A DNA stretch of 64,000 nucleotides from a bacterium (lineage in GTDB: Bacteria > Patescibacteriota > Minisyncoccia > Phycocordibacterales > UBA918): NCBI GenBank assembly GCA_002710785.1, contig PAMC01000016.1:13435-77434 (forward strand). Direction: 5' to 3'. Under the pieces are notes generated by a model that saw nothing but the letters and a program-made list of their open reading frames with translations, did not search any database and was not told the DNA's origin. Within the stretch, counting starts at the first letter, position 1. Each line of letters opens with the position of its first letter. The translations under genes and the position numbers were made by a program. Shown here piece by piece: positions 36,608 through 49,700 of this stretch.

Positions 36608-36701
36608 AATAAATAACTAGCTGTCACCAATAATTGTAACGAATTTACGTTCCTCTGTGCGCTGCGCACGTTGATAAGTGTTGATAGTAGTTTTGAGCCA
36701 A

Positions 36702-37910
36702 CTACTCGTAGCGGATGGCATCGAGTGGGTTTAGGGATGCCGCCCGACGGGCCGGGAAAATACCAGTCAAATACCCGACCGCAGCAGAGAAAAGCGCAAT
36801 AAACGTAAGAAAAGTGAGCGGAAACGAGAATAATTGCACTGCTTGACCGCCAAACTGACTGGCTACGAAGTTGAGTAAGACATTAATAGTCGCTCCAAAT
36901 ATAACTCCCATGACAATTCCCGACAAACCACCCAGAAAACCAACGATGATTGATTCAGACACAAAGAGCCACTTAATGTCGCTCGGTGACGCGCCAATAG
37001 TGCGCATAATACCAATCTCTTTGGTTCTCTCCAGAAGCGTCACGGTCATCGTGTTAAACATACCAATCGCCGACACGACGAGCGCAATACCACCAAAGAT
37101 TGCTAAAGTGACCTGGATACCCTGGAAGATCTTACTGGCTTGGTCGACAGTTTTTGAGAGCGCCGTTACCCGGTACCCATCTTCGATCAGTTCAGCTTCA
37201 ACCGGCTCAAGAAATTCGTTGGTGCTGACACGCACCTGGGCTCGCTCGTACTCATCGATACCTACGTAATTGCGTAGTTCTGGCATCATCATAAGGGCGT
37301 TAAGCACACCTTCCTCTTTGGTAATACCGCGTACGAGGTAATCTTTTTCGATGGGAATTTCTAGAATTTCGTCAGTGCCGTCGTCGGCCGGCACAAGCAA
37401 GCGGAACGTTACCTGCTCACCAACAAAGGTTTCAGCCTCTTCAATACCAAATAATTTGAGGACCGCTGGTGAAAGCATGACCGAGCTACCATCGCCAGCA
37501 TCATCGTCAGTGAATACCTGACCGGCAGAGGCAGTAATACCGGCGTAGCGCAGGTATGGCGGCTCTGCTCCCTGCAAGAAAACGTTGCCGGTCAATCCTT
37601 TGTAGGTAATGAGGGCTGGAAAGCGAGCTAACGGCGCAGCGTCGAGGACGTTGTCTTTTTCTTCAAACTCACGAATGGTCTCATCTGTAATCTGCAAATT
37701 TTGTGCGCCAGTAGCAGACACACCAAGCGAGAGAAGGGTTTCACCAAATACAATCTGCTCAAGAATGATCTGCTGCAACCCGAATCCTAGACCTACTAAA
37801 ACCACCACCGCACCAGTGCCCACGCCCATGCCAAGAATAGTCAGCCAAGTACGCATCGGGTTTGTTTTAAAGGCTCGGGTTGAGAGTTGGGCTAGATCTT
37901 GTGCTCGCAT
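36702..37910 (-). CDS. MacB/FtsX-like ABC transporter permease
   Basis: RT.LTILG..VG, large extracellular loop, IG.FNTM....LERTKEIGIMR.IGA, G.FPARRAA.LNP.DAIRYE. Confidence 0.93.
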   Translation of the reverse strand: MRAQDLAQLSTRAFKTNPMRTWLTILGMGVGTGAVVVLVGLGFGLQQIILEQIVFGETLLSLGVSATGAQNLQITDETIREFEEKDNVLDAAPLARFPALITYKGLTGNVFLQGAEPPYLRYAGITASAGQVFTDDDAGDGSSVMLSPAVLKLFGIEEAETFVGEQVTFRLLVPADDGTDEILEIPIEKDYLVRGITKEEGVLNALMMMPELRNYVGIDEYERAQVRVSTNEFLEPVEAELIEDGYRVTALSKTVDQASKIFQGIQVTLAIFGGIALVVSAIGMFNTMTVTLLERTKEIGIMRTIGASPSDIKWLFVSESIIVGFLGGLSGIVMGVIFGATINVLLNFVASQFGGQAVQLFSFPLTFLTFIALFSAAVGYLTGIFPARRAASLNPLDAIRYE

Positions 37911-37936
37911 ACTACGTACTCAGTATAACAACGGGG

Positions 37937-39262
37937 CTACGACTTGTAGCTGACGTCCACACCTTGGGCAATTAGCTTTTCAAAGTAGCGGGTTAGTGAA
38001 TCAGCCTCCTTCTCAGCCAGACTCAGTCCGCCGACGGTAATGCCGCGCGCGAGCATTTCGTGAAAAGTGGCTTCTTCTATCACGCCGGTTACGCGGTCGG
38101 CAATGAGGTCGACCAGATTTTTGTTCTGTTTCTCTGAAAGCTGGAGGCGGTAGGAGTGCAAAAGATGATCACGTAACCGCTCGGCCAGTTGGTCTTGGCT
38201 AAAGAACGAGCTAGCCTCTTTTTCTCGCTGCGCTCTAAAGCGACGAATGTCGTCAGCCTGCTCAATCATGCGGGTAGAAATTTTTGCCATTTTACGAGCA
38301 GTGGCAGCATCGATGCCGATACCACCAGCTTCAAACGGAGCGGTTAAGGATTTCACAAAGGCGTCTTTGTGCAGTTTGCCCTTAATGAGGTAGCGAATGG
38401 ACTTCTCGAGGCGTACCAATTGATCGTACGTGTAGTCTTGTGTTAGGTAGTTGACGAGACTCTTTACGCGCAGCGTGTCAATTGAGTCGTACGGGAATAG
38501 TCGAGCCAACTGTTCGAGTTCGGTCACGATGGTCTCTCCTTCTTTTACTGGTTTAATTTGCTTACGCTGCGGGTTGACCACCTCACGTACGATGCGGCCA
38601 TCCTTGAGGTAGTACACGCGATGCGCGTAGCTTAAGTGCGCTGCGTTATGAGAGACCATAATAACGGTCCGGCGGTCAAACGTGTTAATTTCGTCAATTT
38701 TGTCCATTACCTGCTGCGTGGATACTGAGTCGAGGTTACCAGTCGGCTCGTCAGCCAAGAGAATCTTCGGGTCGTTCACCATCGAGCGAGATACCGACAC
38801 ACGCTGCTGTTGCCCACCGGAGAGCATCGCCGGAATCTTATGTGAGACAAACCCCACCCCAAACCGATCGAGTAGCGACTGCGCGCGACGGTTGCGCTTT
38901 TTCTTGTCAGCGTCGCAAAAAATCATCGGTAGCGCCACGTTGTCGAGCACCGTGAGCGATGGAATGAGGTTAAATTGCTGGAAGATAATCCCCATCACGT
39001 ACCGCTGAAAGTAGACGCGTTCCTCAGGTGGGTAGCTGTAAATATCGTCACCCCGGATAAGCATAGTTCCGTTACCTGGTGGCAGCGAGCCTTGGATGGT
39101 GTACATGAGGGTCGACTTACCAGACCCGGAGGCGCCAAAGAGAATAATGTACTCCCCTTCGTAGATATCGGTATTGACGCTGGAGAGCGCTTTAAACTCA
39201 TTACTTTTACCCTTGTTGTAGGTAATGTCGAGGTCTCTACAGATGATCAGTGGTTTTGCCAT
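37937..39262 (-). CDS. MacB/LolD-like ABC ATPase with ~200-aa C-terminal extension
   Basis: [32 protein letters not shown]. Confidence 0.93.
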   Translation of the reverse strand: MAKPLIICRDLDITYNKGKSNEFKALSSVNTDIYEGEYIILFGASGSGKSTLMYTIQGSLPPGNGTMLIRGDDIYSYPPEERVYFQRYVMGIIFQQFNLIPSLTVLDNVALPMIFCDADKKKRNRRAQSLLDRFGVGFVSHKIPAMLSGGQQQRVSVSRSMVNDPKILLADEPTGNLDSVSTQQVMDKIDEINTFDRRTVIMVSHNAAHLSYAHRVYYLKDGRIVREVVNPQRKQIKPVKEGETIVTELEQLARLFPYDSIDTLRVKSLVNYLTQDYTYDQLVRLEKSIRYLIKGKLHKDAFVKSLTAPFEAGGIGIDAATARKMAKISTRMIEQADDIRRFRAQREKEASSFFSQDQLAERLRDHLLHSYRLQLSEKQNKNLVDLIADRVTGVIEEATFHEMLARGITVGGLSLAEKEADSLTRYFEKLIAQGVDVSYKS

Positions 39263-39268
39263 AACAGT

Positions 39269-40780
39269 TTATGCGCCAATGTTTTGCACCCAACCAAATG
39301 TGGCTTCGAAGTTCTCAAGAATAAGATCAATGATGTTCTTTTCTTGGATTGGGGTAAAGAGCACAAAGTTTTCGCTCTGCACACTGTTGCCCGCTTCGTC
39401 GGTACAATTGAGCCAGAACTGGTACACCGTTGCTGGCGCAAAGTCGACGATCACCTCCACGTGCCGCTCGGTATAGTTGATCTGCTCCGGCTCAATGGTG
39501 GTTGGTTCGACACCACCAGCCACACCCTCTCGGTACGTCAAGAGACAGTAGGCTGCTTCGTCGGTACGCCACTCAACAATGGTTTGGATGCGCGATTCGC
39601 TGCCCGGAAAGAGGGTTGATTCGTTGGTAACATTGCTGATAATCGGCGCTGAGGTATCGCGCACCGTAATGAACGTAATCGGCTGACTCCGTACACGGTC
39701 GCCGCCACCATTCTCCGCGATCACAAACGCCACGTAGCGAGTACCGAGCGTTAGGTCGGCAATCCGCATCTGGTGCGTCGTCGCGAGCGTCGGGCGACCA
39801 ACCGAGTTTTGCGCGCCGGTCGTGAGGTCTTGGTACTCAATGAGTGCCTTGGCGGGTACGGTTGTGTCCCAGGCTAGCGTTGCTGCATCCTCTTCCACTT
39901 TTACGATGCGGAGGTTGCGAATCTCTGGCAACGAAGCTTTGGTTCGGAAGGTAAAGTCGAGTGAACTACCGGTAATACCAAACTCGTCAGTTGAACGGAC
40001 TTTAAAGTGGTACTCGGTAAAGGGCTCAAGGCCGATCAGGCGAATGGAGTGGTTGCTGGTATTGCCACCTGTGCTCGACTGCGAGAAGGCGTATACGTCT
40101 GGCTGGTACTGACTGGCCGGCGTAAAGAGTACCTCCGAAGACGCGGGGCGGTCAGTCGTCCACTCAACGAGCGCTGTTGTGGTCTCTGGGGTAACGGTCG
40201 GCGGACCAACAATAGTCAGGTCTTCGGTGATACCTTGTACCGCCTTTACGATTTCGTTCTGGATCTCTCTAATCTCTTGCGGATCCTGAATCTGTTTAAT
40301 TTGCTCGATGATCTCATTGGTGGTCACCTCGTTCACCTGGCCTGGTCCAACGTCAACACCATCGCCGGTACCACTATCGCTCGGGGTACCAGTTGTAGAA
40401 ATGCGGTAGTCGGCTGAGATACCTTGGTTGCCGTCTTCGTCTGAGGAACCGACGCGGAAGTAGTAGACGCGCCCCGGTTCGAGATTCTCGAGCGTTACCT
40501 CGTGCGCCTGACGGACAGTTTCCGGCACACGTACGATGCCGTAGTCGGGCTGTAGTCCGTAGTTAACGAGTGAATCAGCATCTTCGTCGGTTTCCCACGT
40601 AATGCGTAGCGTCGTATCGTCGACGTTTTCGACTTGAACGTTCGTAATTTCCGGCGCCACGCCGTCGCCCACCTGCGCTAAGGTAGCTGGGGTGAAATAC
40701 CAACCGGTTACCAGATACACCAAAAGGACGCCGTAAGACCGAAACATTACTTGCATTGTACCAGTCACTGTTTTACTCAT
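39269..40780 (-). CDS. Secreted multi-fibronectin type III protein
   Basis: Four W.T...A...V.Y...H.V.L..L.P...Y.F repeats; signal peptide. Confidence 0.85.
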   Translation of the reverse strand: MSKTVTGTMQVMFRSYGVLLVYLVTGWYFTPATLAQVGDGVAPEITNVQVENVDDTTLRITWETDEDADSLVNYGLQPDYGIVRVPETVRQAHEVTLENLEPGRVYYFRVGSSDEDGNQGISADYRISTTGTPSDSGTGDGVDVGPGQVNEVTTNEIIEQIKQIQDPQEIREIQNEIVKAVQGITEDLTIVGPPTVTPETTTALVEWTTDRPASSEVLFTPASQYQPDVYAFSQSSTGGNTSNHSIRLIGLEPFTEYHFKVRSTDEFGITGSSLDFTFRTKASLPEIRNLRIVKVEEDAATLAWDTTVPAKALIEYQDLTTGAQNSVGRPTLATTHQMRIADLTLGTRYVAFVIAENGGGDRVRSQPITFITVRDTSAPIISNVTNESTLFPGSESRIQTIVEWRTDEAAYCLLTYREGVAGGVEPTTIEPEQINYTERHVEVIVDFAPATVYQFWLNCTDEAGNSVQSENFVLFTPIQEKNIIDLILENFEATFGWVQNIGA

Positions 40781-40799
40781 ATCATGTACCTGTTGTTAT

Positions 40800-43700
40800 C
40801 TAGTCGGCTGTGGCGGTAAAGGTGTTGATGCCACTGTGTGGTTCACTAGCGGTTCCAAACGGAATAGCAATGCCCCAGTAGAGCGCGTCCGTCACCAGTG
40901 GCGTGCTGGTCGTTGGTTTATTAAGGTCAACCTCAATAGAGCTGCCAATCTCAGAGAGTGTAATACAGGCCGTACAGGTAGTGTGGTCAAAGGATGAGGT
41001 CGCAAATTTCTGCTGCGTTACATCAATGATTGAGACGCCGCCATTGGACATGTCAGTACCCGACACATCAACGTCGAGTGCCTCATTACCAAAGTTACTA
41101 ATGTTTGATACTGGGTTACTACCACTGGCAGTGACACCATTAATGTCGAGTGTGCCGTAGCCAATGAGATTATCAACCGAGATACTGCGTAGCGTGCCAA
41201 CGTCGATTATGCCTGTTGAGGTTTCAAAGTCACTGTTTGTTGCGGCGTCAGCCACTTCAACGTAGGCGTACCACTCTTCTCCCTCATACGGAGAGCCACC
41301 GTCGGTCGGGTCAGTGTGGAAGGCAAAGTCAGCGGTACATGAGAGGCTACAGCTAGTACCGCTACAACCTGAGAGCACACAACCTGTACCAAGAGTCGTG
41401 ACGTAACAGTTGTTGTCGTCTGGTGTACAGCTCGCCCCCACTGTGGTGCGGTAGAAGGTGGTGGTCGCTGCCACAATATCGGCATACCCATTAAGGTCAG
41501 TGACTGTGGTACTTGCTACTACTGGTGTAGTGGTGCCTGGGCTGAGCACTATGTCACTCCCATCGTTAAGCGTCACCACGCCAACCGACGGCGCAAACTC
41601 AAGCGTGAGCTCTGGAATACTGGCGTAGGAGTCAAGTGCCGTGCCGGCGTTCGTGACACGGAAGCAGTACGCATCTTCAGTCGCGTTGCTAGTTAGATTA
41701 AGCGCGTACTCGAGCTCAGTGTAGTACTGTTGGTTGACGTCTACGAATCCGGTCTGGTTATCGGTGTTGCTGACGATCTCACCAGCGGAGAACGTGCCTG
41801 ACGGAATGATAAGATGGTCAGTCGTCGGATCACCACTGCTCACTTGAGTCGTGTTAATCATACAAACAGGGCTCACTCCACAACTACCGGCCGCGGGCAC
41901 CGAGCTGTAACTACCGCCACTCACTGCCTCACACGTTAAGGCGACGCCCTTGCCAGCATACTCTAGTCGAAACTCTTGGTTTGTAATATCGAGTCCTGAA
42001 TTCTCAACCGCTACTCGCAAACGCGCCACGTCACCAAAGTCGTAGCCTGAACCAGCTACCCCCTGCGGTGCACGCCACGTGGCTCCGCCGTCAACCTGCT
42101 CTGCGCCAAAGTACACAGTCGGTTTATTATCGAGTCGTGGGTAGGACACAAAGCTGTCCCAGCCGCCGTAGAAGCCCCAGAACGTGAAGCCAAAGCCGCC
42201 GCTTGTGTAATTAGAATCTGTGGCGGTGGTTGACGCCACGAGCGTGCCGCCGCTGTTGTAGAGCCGCACGTCGATGGTGTCGTCGGTCTGCCAGTCGACT
42301 TCGATCTCGTACCAGCCAGTACTGTACGTGACGTTTGTTTGGTCGAGTACGACTACACCACCTACCAAGTCGGTACTCTCTGCATCACGAACCAAAGAGA
42401 GACGGTCGGTACCCTGTAGCTCGATACACACACCGTAGTTTTCGTTGGTAGTACCTGGTGACTGCACACCAAAGAGTGTACAAGACTCGTCAGATCCACT
42501 CGCGTCCACATACTGACGGTACCGGATAATCTCGCCTTGGCTCACTGTCTGGTCGAAGGTAAAGATACCATCGGTTGCTTTGGCTGTTTCATTACCATTT
42601 GTGTCGAGACCGTTAGAGCCACCCCACGCGTAGGTACTACCAATGTTAAAGAGTGTCGTGTCGCCGCTGTACTCACTTAAACTGCCACTCTCAAAGTCGT
42701 CAACGGCCGTGAAGACGAGGGTGCTGCTACTGGTCGTTGTGGCGGTGAGGTTGTCGTAGTACATGTAGATCTGCGTTGTTGAGGCAGCTGGCAGGCTCGG
42801 TACTTCAACCCACACATCTGCGCTCACGCCGGTGCTAAAGCGCTCGATCCAATGGTCGATCAGTACGGTTCCAGTGCTGTCAGTAAAGCGTAGGTCATCA
42901 AAGTCGGTTTGCATGTCAGAGTCGTACGTCACGCTCAGCAACACTGGCACATTGCTATAGGTGCTGGCATCACCATTCTGCAGCCGCACCCGCTGCCGCG
43001 CATCCCAGTTGGTGTCGTACCACGTACTGGCTACTGCGCCTTCCCCACCGTCGTCGTTACGCCAGCGGTACTCTGTCTGCTCAGTCAAGAGACAGGCGCT
43101 ATCATCCCAACGAATAGAGCTACACGCATCTTCACCATCGACGTCGTAATCCTCACCACTAAGATCACCAAAGTGTGTGCTGAAAATCCAGCTGTTGGTC
43201 GAAGTGGCATCGAGAGTTACGTTGGCGCCACCGGTGAATCCACCATCGGTGAAGACGGCTTCGAGAATGGTCAAACCAGCATTTGCATCAAGCGCAGTCT
43301 GCGGCAGGGTAATCATAGTGGCAGTATTGGTCGCCTGGTTGAAGACACCTCGATCTAGGTCGCTTATGGTTGGGGTACCAACAAACGTCAAGCCACCGGC
43401 TGCCAGATCGTCGAAGGTGTACGTGTCTGCACTGAATGTTCCGCCACTGACAGTGAAGTCATACAGTGTGCTTGCCTCAGCACTCTGGATCGTAGTGCTG
43501 GCGCCAGTGGCGCCAATAATTTCCAAGGTGCCGCTCTCAAGAGTGAAGTTAGACAACGTGCTGGTCGCAAAGGTGACACTCACCGCCCGTGGACTTCCAC
43601 CCAGCGCCACACCGTCAAAGTCAGTTGCGTAACTCCAGTACTCGTTTACGGTCTGACTGACGTACTCACCGTAGATTCTCAGGGCGCCGTCAGAACCAGC

Positions 43701-46700
43701 GTGGTCTTGTGAGTAGATTGAAGACGAGGCGCTCAGTGTGCTCACGAGGTAGTCGCTGTTCCAGAAGCGCACATCGGTATCGCCGATAAGAGTGAGTGTA
43801 TCGTAGGTGTCTCCTGTGCTGGCTTTGGTATTGGCACTAAAATTGGTACCAGCTGCTAAGATCAGCTCGCTATTAGTCCAGGTAGTGTTTGCGCCACCAA
43901 CCGTGTTAGTGAAGACGCCGCCGACATAAAGAGTTTCACTGCTTCCGAGTGTAAACGCGCTAGCGCTCAAGAGACTAAAGTCGCTGGTTGATGTTGCGCT
44001 TGAGAACGTCCAGCCTCCTGTCGCGCTGTTTACTACCACGCGGTAAAACTCGTTGCTGCCTGGATCAACGGTTTCGCCCGTATCGGTAGAGTCGAAGAGG
44101 AGCGTGCTCGTTCCCACATCGAGTGTGCCGCTCGTGGCATCGAGCGAACCGCCAATTGCTGTAGAGCTGCTGGCCAGCCGTAGATTACCAGCAGCAACCG
44201 TCACATCACCCAAGAAGGCGCTCGTTGCATCGGTAACTGTGAAGCTGCCCGATCCGTCAACTTGCAAGCTCGAAAGATCGTTGCCGCCAGCAGTCAAGAC
44301 ATGGGTGCCTGTACCAGTAAGTCGAATGGTGCCGCTATTGTGTGCCACCGTGTCAGACACGACGAAGTCAGTACCGACGGTGAAGGTGCCGCCTGGAAGT
44401 GTTACCGTACCGGTGGCAACCGTAACGCTCGCCGTGGCAGTTGCGTTCGTATCGCTAATACTCCAACTGCCGCTACCTGCAAACTGTATTGTTGCAGCGT
44501 CAGATCCACCAAAAGTGATCGTGTTGCCCGCGTCTGTCGCGGTAAACGCGAGCACTCCGCCGTTAGCGTCGAAGCTACCGCCCGTATTAGTGAAGTCATT
44601 GGCAAAGGTGCTCGTCGCCGCTGGCAACGTCACGTCGCCATTGGTAATGGTGACGTCTCCATTCGCGGCAAAAGTAGTGTCGTTAACGGTCCACGAACCA
44701 GTACCATTGAAGGTGAGCGCACCAAAGGTTGCGTCATTGCTGTCGATTGAGCGACCGCTCTGGGTGCTGGTAAAGGTTAGCGCAGCGTCATTGAGCGCCA
44801 GTGTTGCACCAGCGCCACTTAGGAGCTCGCCGCCAATCGTGTGCGACTCACTGCCTGCGCCGGTAAACGTGGCATTGGCTTGTAGTTCGAGTGTGCCGGC
44901 ATGACTAGCAGTTCCTGTACTGAGTGTGACATCACCGTCAGGGGTAAAGGTCTTACTATCCCACACAATGAGTTTTGTGTCTGTCGGGAAGGATACCGTG
45001 TTGGTACCGCCAGTTGTTGCAGTGAATGGAATGTCAGCATCGTCACTACTATCCCACACAGCCAGGTCAGCAATGCGTATAGCATCCGTGCTCTCGTGTC
45101 GCACAATCACGCGGTCGACGTAGACATCCATGTTGAGAATGTTTGAAATCGGATCAGCAGTCACTGTCGCGCCGGCCTCACTCTCACCGTCGATGTACAC
45201 GATGATACTGTCAGACGGTCCAAAGCCGACATTAGTAAAGGTGTACGCACCAGTACCCGAGGCACAGGTAGTGCTGGCGCTCGTTAGACCAGCTACCACC
45301 AACCGCACATTCGGGGTACTGCCGTCACACTGGGTGTACCAGCTAGTCCCTTCGTCATTGTAGATATTTCCGGAAATTGAGATAAGCGCAGCTGAGTCAC
45401 TCCACACGATTTCGCCAGGATCACCTGAGTCGGCGTCAAACGCCTCACCGTCGAGGTTACCGGTGTGGTTTGTGAAGCGCCACGATGAAACCGAAACTCC
45501 CGAAGTGGTGACGTTTACCGGGCTCGTCACACCACTCTCGTTAAAGGTGTTGCGATCAAAGTTCTTGGCTGGGTTCGCGTCGATCACGCTGCCAGCCACT
45601 GTCATCGCACTCGCATTATTATCGTCAACCAGCCAATCAACATTTACGATATTCACCACTGTCGGTGTGCCCGTAAATGAGAGACCCGCGCTATCAACGT
45701 CACGTGGTTCAGCGTCGAGCCATTCAGTGCTCGCGGTACCGCCAATAGTAAAGCTAAACTCGCCACTGCCTTGGTTTTGGATTGTCGTCGACGCGGTTGT
45801 GGAACCCATAACGTCGAGGCTACCACCAGTATACGTGACGCTTCCGCCCCCTTCGACGTACACATCAGCTTGGCGTGGTGAACCAAGGGCGGCACCATCC
45901 CAATCGGTGGTGTAGCTCCACGAATCGGTGTACGAAGCATTGCTGTACGCTCCAAAGATATATAGATCACCAGCAACGTCGTTGTGATCCATCGAGTAAA
46001 GTGAGCTGCTCGCAGAAATGGTCGTCGTGCTGTAGCTACTGTTCCAGAATCGTGGTTGAGTGCCATTATCGACAACGAGCTCAGCGTAGTCATCAGCGTC
46101 AGTCTTAGTATTTACCTCATACGCCGTATTACCAAACAGCTTCAGAACGGAATTGCTCCAGTTCGTATTTGCCCCGCTGACAGTGTTGGTAAACACGTCA
46201 CCAACTGCCAGCGTATTGCCTGGCTGTAGTGTAAAGGTGAAGGCGCTCGTCAAACTAAAGTCACCGGTAGTAGTTGCGGATTCGGTAAAGAGGTAGGTGC
46301 CGCCGCCGGCCACGCTCACATCGTAGAAATCGGAAGCGCCAGCCGCGACCGACGCCGTACCGGTCGCTTGCAAAAACTCTACCAAGCCGCCGTTGGCCGT
46401 GAAGACGCCGTCGTTATCGTAGCTACCGAATAGCTGCAGGCTGCTGGTATCACTAGCCTCAAGCGTACCGCGAGCGCCAATGTAAGTATCGCCCGCTACT
46501 ACCGTTAATGGATCATTGGTGTCGAGCGTGAACGTAGTCGTACCGCGACTGCCGACAGTTAGATCACCAAACACCTGCAATCCTGTTACCGGGGCTGTGA
46601 CAGCAGTGCTACCCGTTGCTGCTTCGACAGCAAGGTCGAAGTAGGCCGTCCTGGTTACGGTACTGTTGCCTCCGTACGTGATACGACTGGTGTCTTCCAA

Positions 46701-49700
46701 GAAGGTGCCGTCCTCCACAAATACGGTACCGTCACCCGTCAGGTCCCACTGTGAACTCCCAGCGTCTAAGAGGTGCCCAGAGTCGATGGTAAGTCGATTG
46801 CGCACCGTCGTGGTTGCACTACCAAACGGTGTCGTCACTTGAGTAGCGGTCACACCATCACCGAGTACTAAGTTGTAGAACTGCCACGGGGTGGTGCCGC
46901 CTAAGGTATTGGTGCGATCAATCTCCACCGTACCATTGACCATGGCCACTGTGCCGTTGCCGGTGAAGTTACCGTTGGTGATGGTTATATCGCTCGTACC
47001 GCTGAGTGTACCTGTAGCAACAGTGAGATTATTAATCACCGTAATTGGCGTTTGTACACCCCAGCCACCACCAGCTCCAGTAAACGACACGGCCGTAAAG
47101 GCTAGGGTACTGCTCGCTGCACTGGCAATTGATTGACCAGTGGTGGTGGCTGTGAAGAGCACAGTTGAACTCGGCGTATTGAAGGTGGCAGCAGTATCAA
47201 GATAGAGCGAGCCGCCGATAGTGAGCACTTCGGTACCGCTCATGTTTAAGGTGGCAGATGGCCCAAGCAAGAGTGAGCCATCTTGGGTAGATCCGCCAGA
47301 GCCAGCCAGGGTGATGTCGCCATTGCCGGTAAAGGTCTTACTATTCCAAACCATCAGGCCGCTACTCGCGCTTACAGTGAGTGAGTCTGGGGTCGTACTG
47401 GTAGAGACGGTAAATGGCACATCTCCATTATCTCCACTATCGAAGATGTTCATGTCCGCAATCGAAAGCGGGCTGATGTCTTCGTGTCGCACGATAACTC
47501 GATTTTGGTAGAGATCGAAGTCACTGATACTGTCGAGAACTGACACCGACGCTGGTTTAAGCGCAAACTGCACAACATTCACATCGTCGGTAGAGCCGCC
47601 AGTTGCGGTCGCGTCGCCGGTTGCACCAGCGCTCGTTTGTAGTTGCGAGGAGAGAAGCAGGTTGCGACTTCCTTGTCGAGCATCTTGCAGAATGGTGCTC
47701 CATGGTGACGTCGGTCCAACGAGATCATTGTCGTCAATGACGTACCAGGCTGCCAGCACGTACGACCCGTCGTTAGTGGTCGTAATACCAGGCGCAACTG
47801 GTGAGCTAGTATTCTGCTCGTTGCTCCAGACTGGGTCAGTATCAAAGATATCGCTGGTGTCTACCCCGCGGTACGCCCCAATCCAAGCGCTAAACTCCTC
47901 GGTGCCGGCAGTATCGTTATTCGTAAAGGCGTACGTCTCAGCTTCAGTGGCGGCGTTGGTAATCACTCGCGACCAGACCGCTGTGTACATATCGTTGCCG
48001 GTAGTCAGTCCGAGCTCCCCTTCTAACTGCCAACCAGACGGTGCGCTAATGTCAAACTCGTCTTCACGAGCAGTAATAGCAATCAACACATCACCATTCT
48101 CCACCTCGGGACGCTCGACAGTAAAGGTCGCACCGTTGGCCACCGTACCCACCGCAGTTCGCTGGTCTACCAAATTAATAGTTTTGTACGGTTGTGCTGC
48201 TGCACCAAGCGGTGTCTTGGTTACAACTGCAGCAATTGCGGTACCAGTAGCGGTTGGGCTCGCGTCCGGGTTAAATGACATCTGGATCACCTGTGATTCT
48301 CGACCAATAGTGACGTTACCAAACTGCGCCGTACTGGTCGCGCCTGCTGGTCGGGCCACACGCGAGACAACGCCAAGGTTATGGTTGGTGCCGTCTACAA
48401 CGTTTTGTGCCCGTGTCGCCCAATTACCGCTCGGTACCGCCACGTCAGTGTCGTTAAATACGTGTGCAGCTGCAATCACCAGTGAGCCGTCGATCGTAGT
48501 GGTGGCAGTGGGTGCTATTGGATCGTACTCGTTTTGCAACTTACTCCAGTTAGTTGTTGCCGCAAGCGGACTAGCTGTGTCCACGTTAAGTAAGCTGCCC
48601 ATCCAGTAGTTGTACGTCTCGTTGTTGTCGGTAACTGGGAAATCGTAGCTCGCTGGCTCGGTGCTCGCATCAGCCACCACCTTGTACCACGCGCCACTCG
48701 CAAGATCATCACCTGTCGTGTTACCAAAACTATCTATCGCCGTCCAACCGCCAAGCGTATTAATGAGCGGCTCATCGTCTTTACCGGCGATGAGGACCAA
48801 GACGCTATTATCAACCACGGTTGGTCGCGTTACGTTCATCAGGTTACTGGTGACTGTTCCAGTACCACTCGTCTCATCGAGAATTGCCACGTTTACTTCA
48901 GAGCTGCTGGCGGTACTACTTAAGAAGGCGGTAATCTTAGGTTCACCAACGTAGGTCACGCCAGCTACTTCGTATGCACCCGTTGCTGCATCACACGACG
49001 TTTGGTAGGTCGTGCCACCATCAATTACCACCGTGACGACGGCTGTACTATTGTTACAGACTGGAGCACCCATCGGCGTCACACCATCATCGGCGTACAC
49101 TACGCCACTGATACTAATGTTGTAGTTACTATCGTCCCACTGGATAGAGCCTGGGTCGCCATCGTCGGCGTCAAACGCCTCACCGTAACGATCGCCACCG
49201 CCGCCAGTAAAGAGCCAGTACGTACTCGGGGTACCGTCAGTGGTGACGTTAGCGCCGGCTGCTGTAGAAACCGTACTGGTAGCGTAAAACTCATCCGGTT
49301 GGAGGAAGTTCCTAAACTCTGCGTCGATCCAGTCTGTGCCCTGGGTACTGGTAGCAAAGCGCAGCTCATCGACCTGAATCTCACCGTACGTACCGCCCTG
49401 GTAGCGACCAATCTTGAGGCCAGTGTTGGATGGATTCTGTGATGAGCTAATCTGCGTCACTGTATCTTGCAGCGTATTATCTTCGTAGATGAGGTTGTTC
49501 TCACCATCGGTAGCTCGTCCAATCGTGGTGAAGTGGTGCCAGATAGTGTTGTTGTACGGGCTCACAGTGTACTCACCGCCACTGGTAATACCAAAGAAGT
49601 GTCGCCCGCGGTTGGTTAGATCGTAGTTCGGCATAAACGCGAGGTAGGTGCCGTTGTTGGTGCCGTTACCGGTACCAAACTGCCACAGCGCACCAGTGTC

